The notes under the pieces: model-generated | What the model was told of the DNA's origin: nothing | Database searches by the model: none | Seen by the model: the letters and a program-made list of their open reading frames with translations, nothing else | Shown here: positions 62,946 to 64,000 of the stretch, in pieces | How positions within the stretch are numbered: the stretch's first letter is position 1 | Layout of the letters: each line of letters begins with the position of its first letter | Translations under genes and position numbers: made by a program | DNA from: Mobula hypostoma | Lineage: Eukaryota | Direction: 5' to 3' | Length of the DNA: 64,000 bases | Assembly: GCF_963921235.1 (NCBI RefSeq) | Contig: NC_086109.1 | Location: forward strand, 9,054,001-9,118,000

Positions 62946-64000
62946 TTCATCTTACCCTTTCATCCCCATCATGGGGGTGGGGAGAGTGATAGGTGAGACT
63001 AAGTGAAGGGGAAGGTGGGTGGAAGGGTGGATCAACCTTATTCACGATATACAGTACTTTGCAAAAGTCTGAGGCTCGTATACAGTCAGGCCGTCTAAGA
63101 CTTTTGCACAATGCGGAGCGGGAGCGAGTTTGTAAATCTGACAGGAGCAAAGTTTGTTGGGAGTGTCAAGGGTGGAGTTCTGTGAGAAGGGTGTGGGGAC
63201 AGGTGGCAGAGGAGGGGTGCCTGGGGCGGTGGGGGTGGTGCAGGTGCAAACACACCCAGCCCTGAGACACCAGGCAAGCTCATTTGATTACCAATAATTG
63301 ATTTATTGATCATTACAGGATGCCTCTCTGGTGCTTCCCGCCCCCTCCCTTCCCAGTGTTTTGTTGGCCAGGGTGCAACACGCAACACCCAGCAATTGTA
63401 AGGTATAAAGATTGTATGAGAAATTAAAGTGCAGATATGGAACAAAATGTGCGTTTATAGATAAATACCAGCATGTAAACAGCGTTATAAAGTGGTTAGC
63501 ACAACGCTATTACAGTTTGGAACATCAGAAGTATTGGCATCCTCTGTAAGGAGTCTCTGGACGTCCTTCCCATGGATTGCGTGTGTTTCCTCTGGGTGCC
63601 CTGGTTTCCTCTCAAAGTCCAGGTAGGTTAATTGGTCATTGTAAATTGTCCCTATGATTAAGTAAGGGTTAAATTGTCGGGGGGTGGCTGGGCAGTGTGG
63701 TCTCAAAGGGCCTATTCTGCATTGCGTTTCTACATGAACTTGACAAGTGGTTTAAAGTGATTACAGTGCAGTGACAAGGGTAATAGATCAAGGGGGTTGG
63801 GGAGGGCTAACCAGAATGGTTGATCAGATTAGCTGCCTGTGGCGTGAAGTTCTTGTTTTAATGGCCCTTGCAGTCTCTGGTGTCTCGGTGGTTTTATTGA
63901 AGTTCTCAGCTTTTACAAGTGAACTTGTGGAGGGAGAAATTGTTCCTGTTGGATGCATTACGTGGTCGGGAGACAATCCCCGTGGGATTGAAACTCAGAA

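Noticed and set aside
63050..63112. Short hairpin as a possible miRNA or terminator
   Set aside because: Matches a Tc1/mariner-type mini inverted-repeat element (TACAGTAC..GCAAAAGTC / GACTTTTGCAC).
63860..64000. Next exon of the RASAL3-like gene after TTGCAG
   Set aside because: The phase-0 frame hits TGA within 9 codons.

Overview
Repeat-dense vertebrate genomic DNA. The repeat landscape (CR1, Rex/Babar, Penelope, V-SINE-like, L1/Tx1, HERO, hAT, Helitron, Sola) suggests a cartilaginous fish, probably a ray; this is inference. Nearly all long ORFs in the track are transposon debris or microsatellite artefacts. Two host genes appear to diverge from two CpG-rich islands. (i) A minus-strand gene whose first coding exon is at 4581-4678 (unidentified). 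(ii) A plus-strand multi-exon gene: first exon ending 19619, then a phase-consistent chain of coding exons from 34278 to 60804 whose protein resembles the N-terminus of RASAL3 (recalled similarity, not searched). The most notable non-obvious signal is about 15 copies of a minimal type-I hammerhead ribozyme motif in Penelope-derived terminal repeats, including a nested Penelope-into-Penelope insertion. The window also holds well-delimited DNA transposons: a hAT-like family with 6-bp TSDs, a Sola2-like element, a complete non-autonomous Helitron, and a Charlie-type hAT carrying a CR1 tail. Solo LTRs are present. I found no prokaryotic systems or CRISPR arrays.
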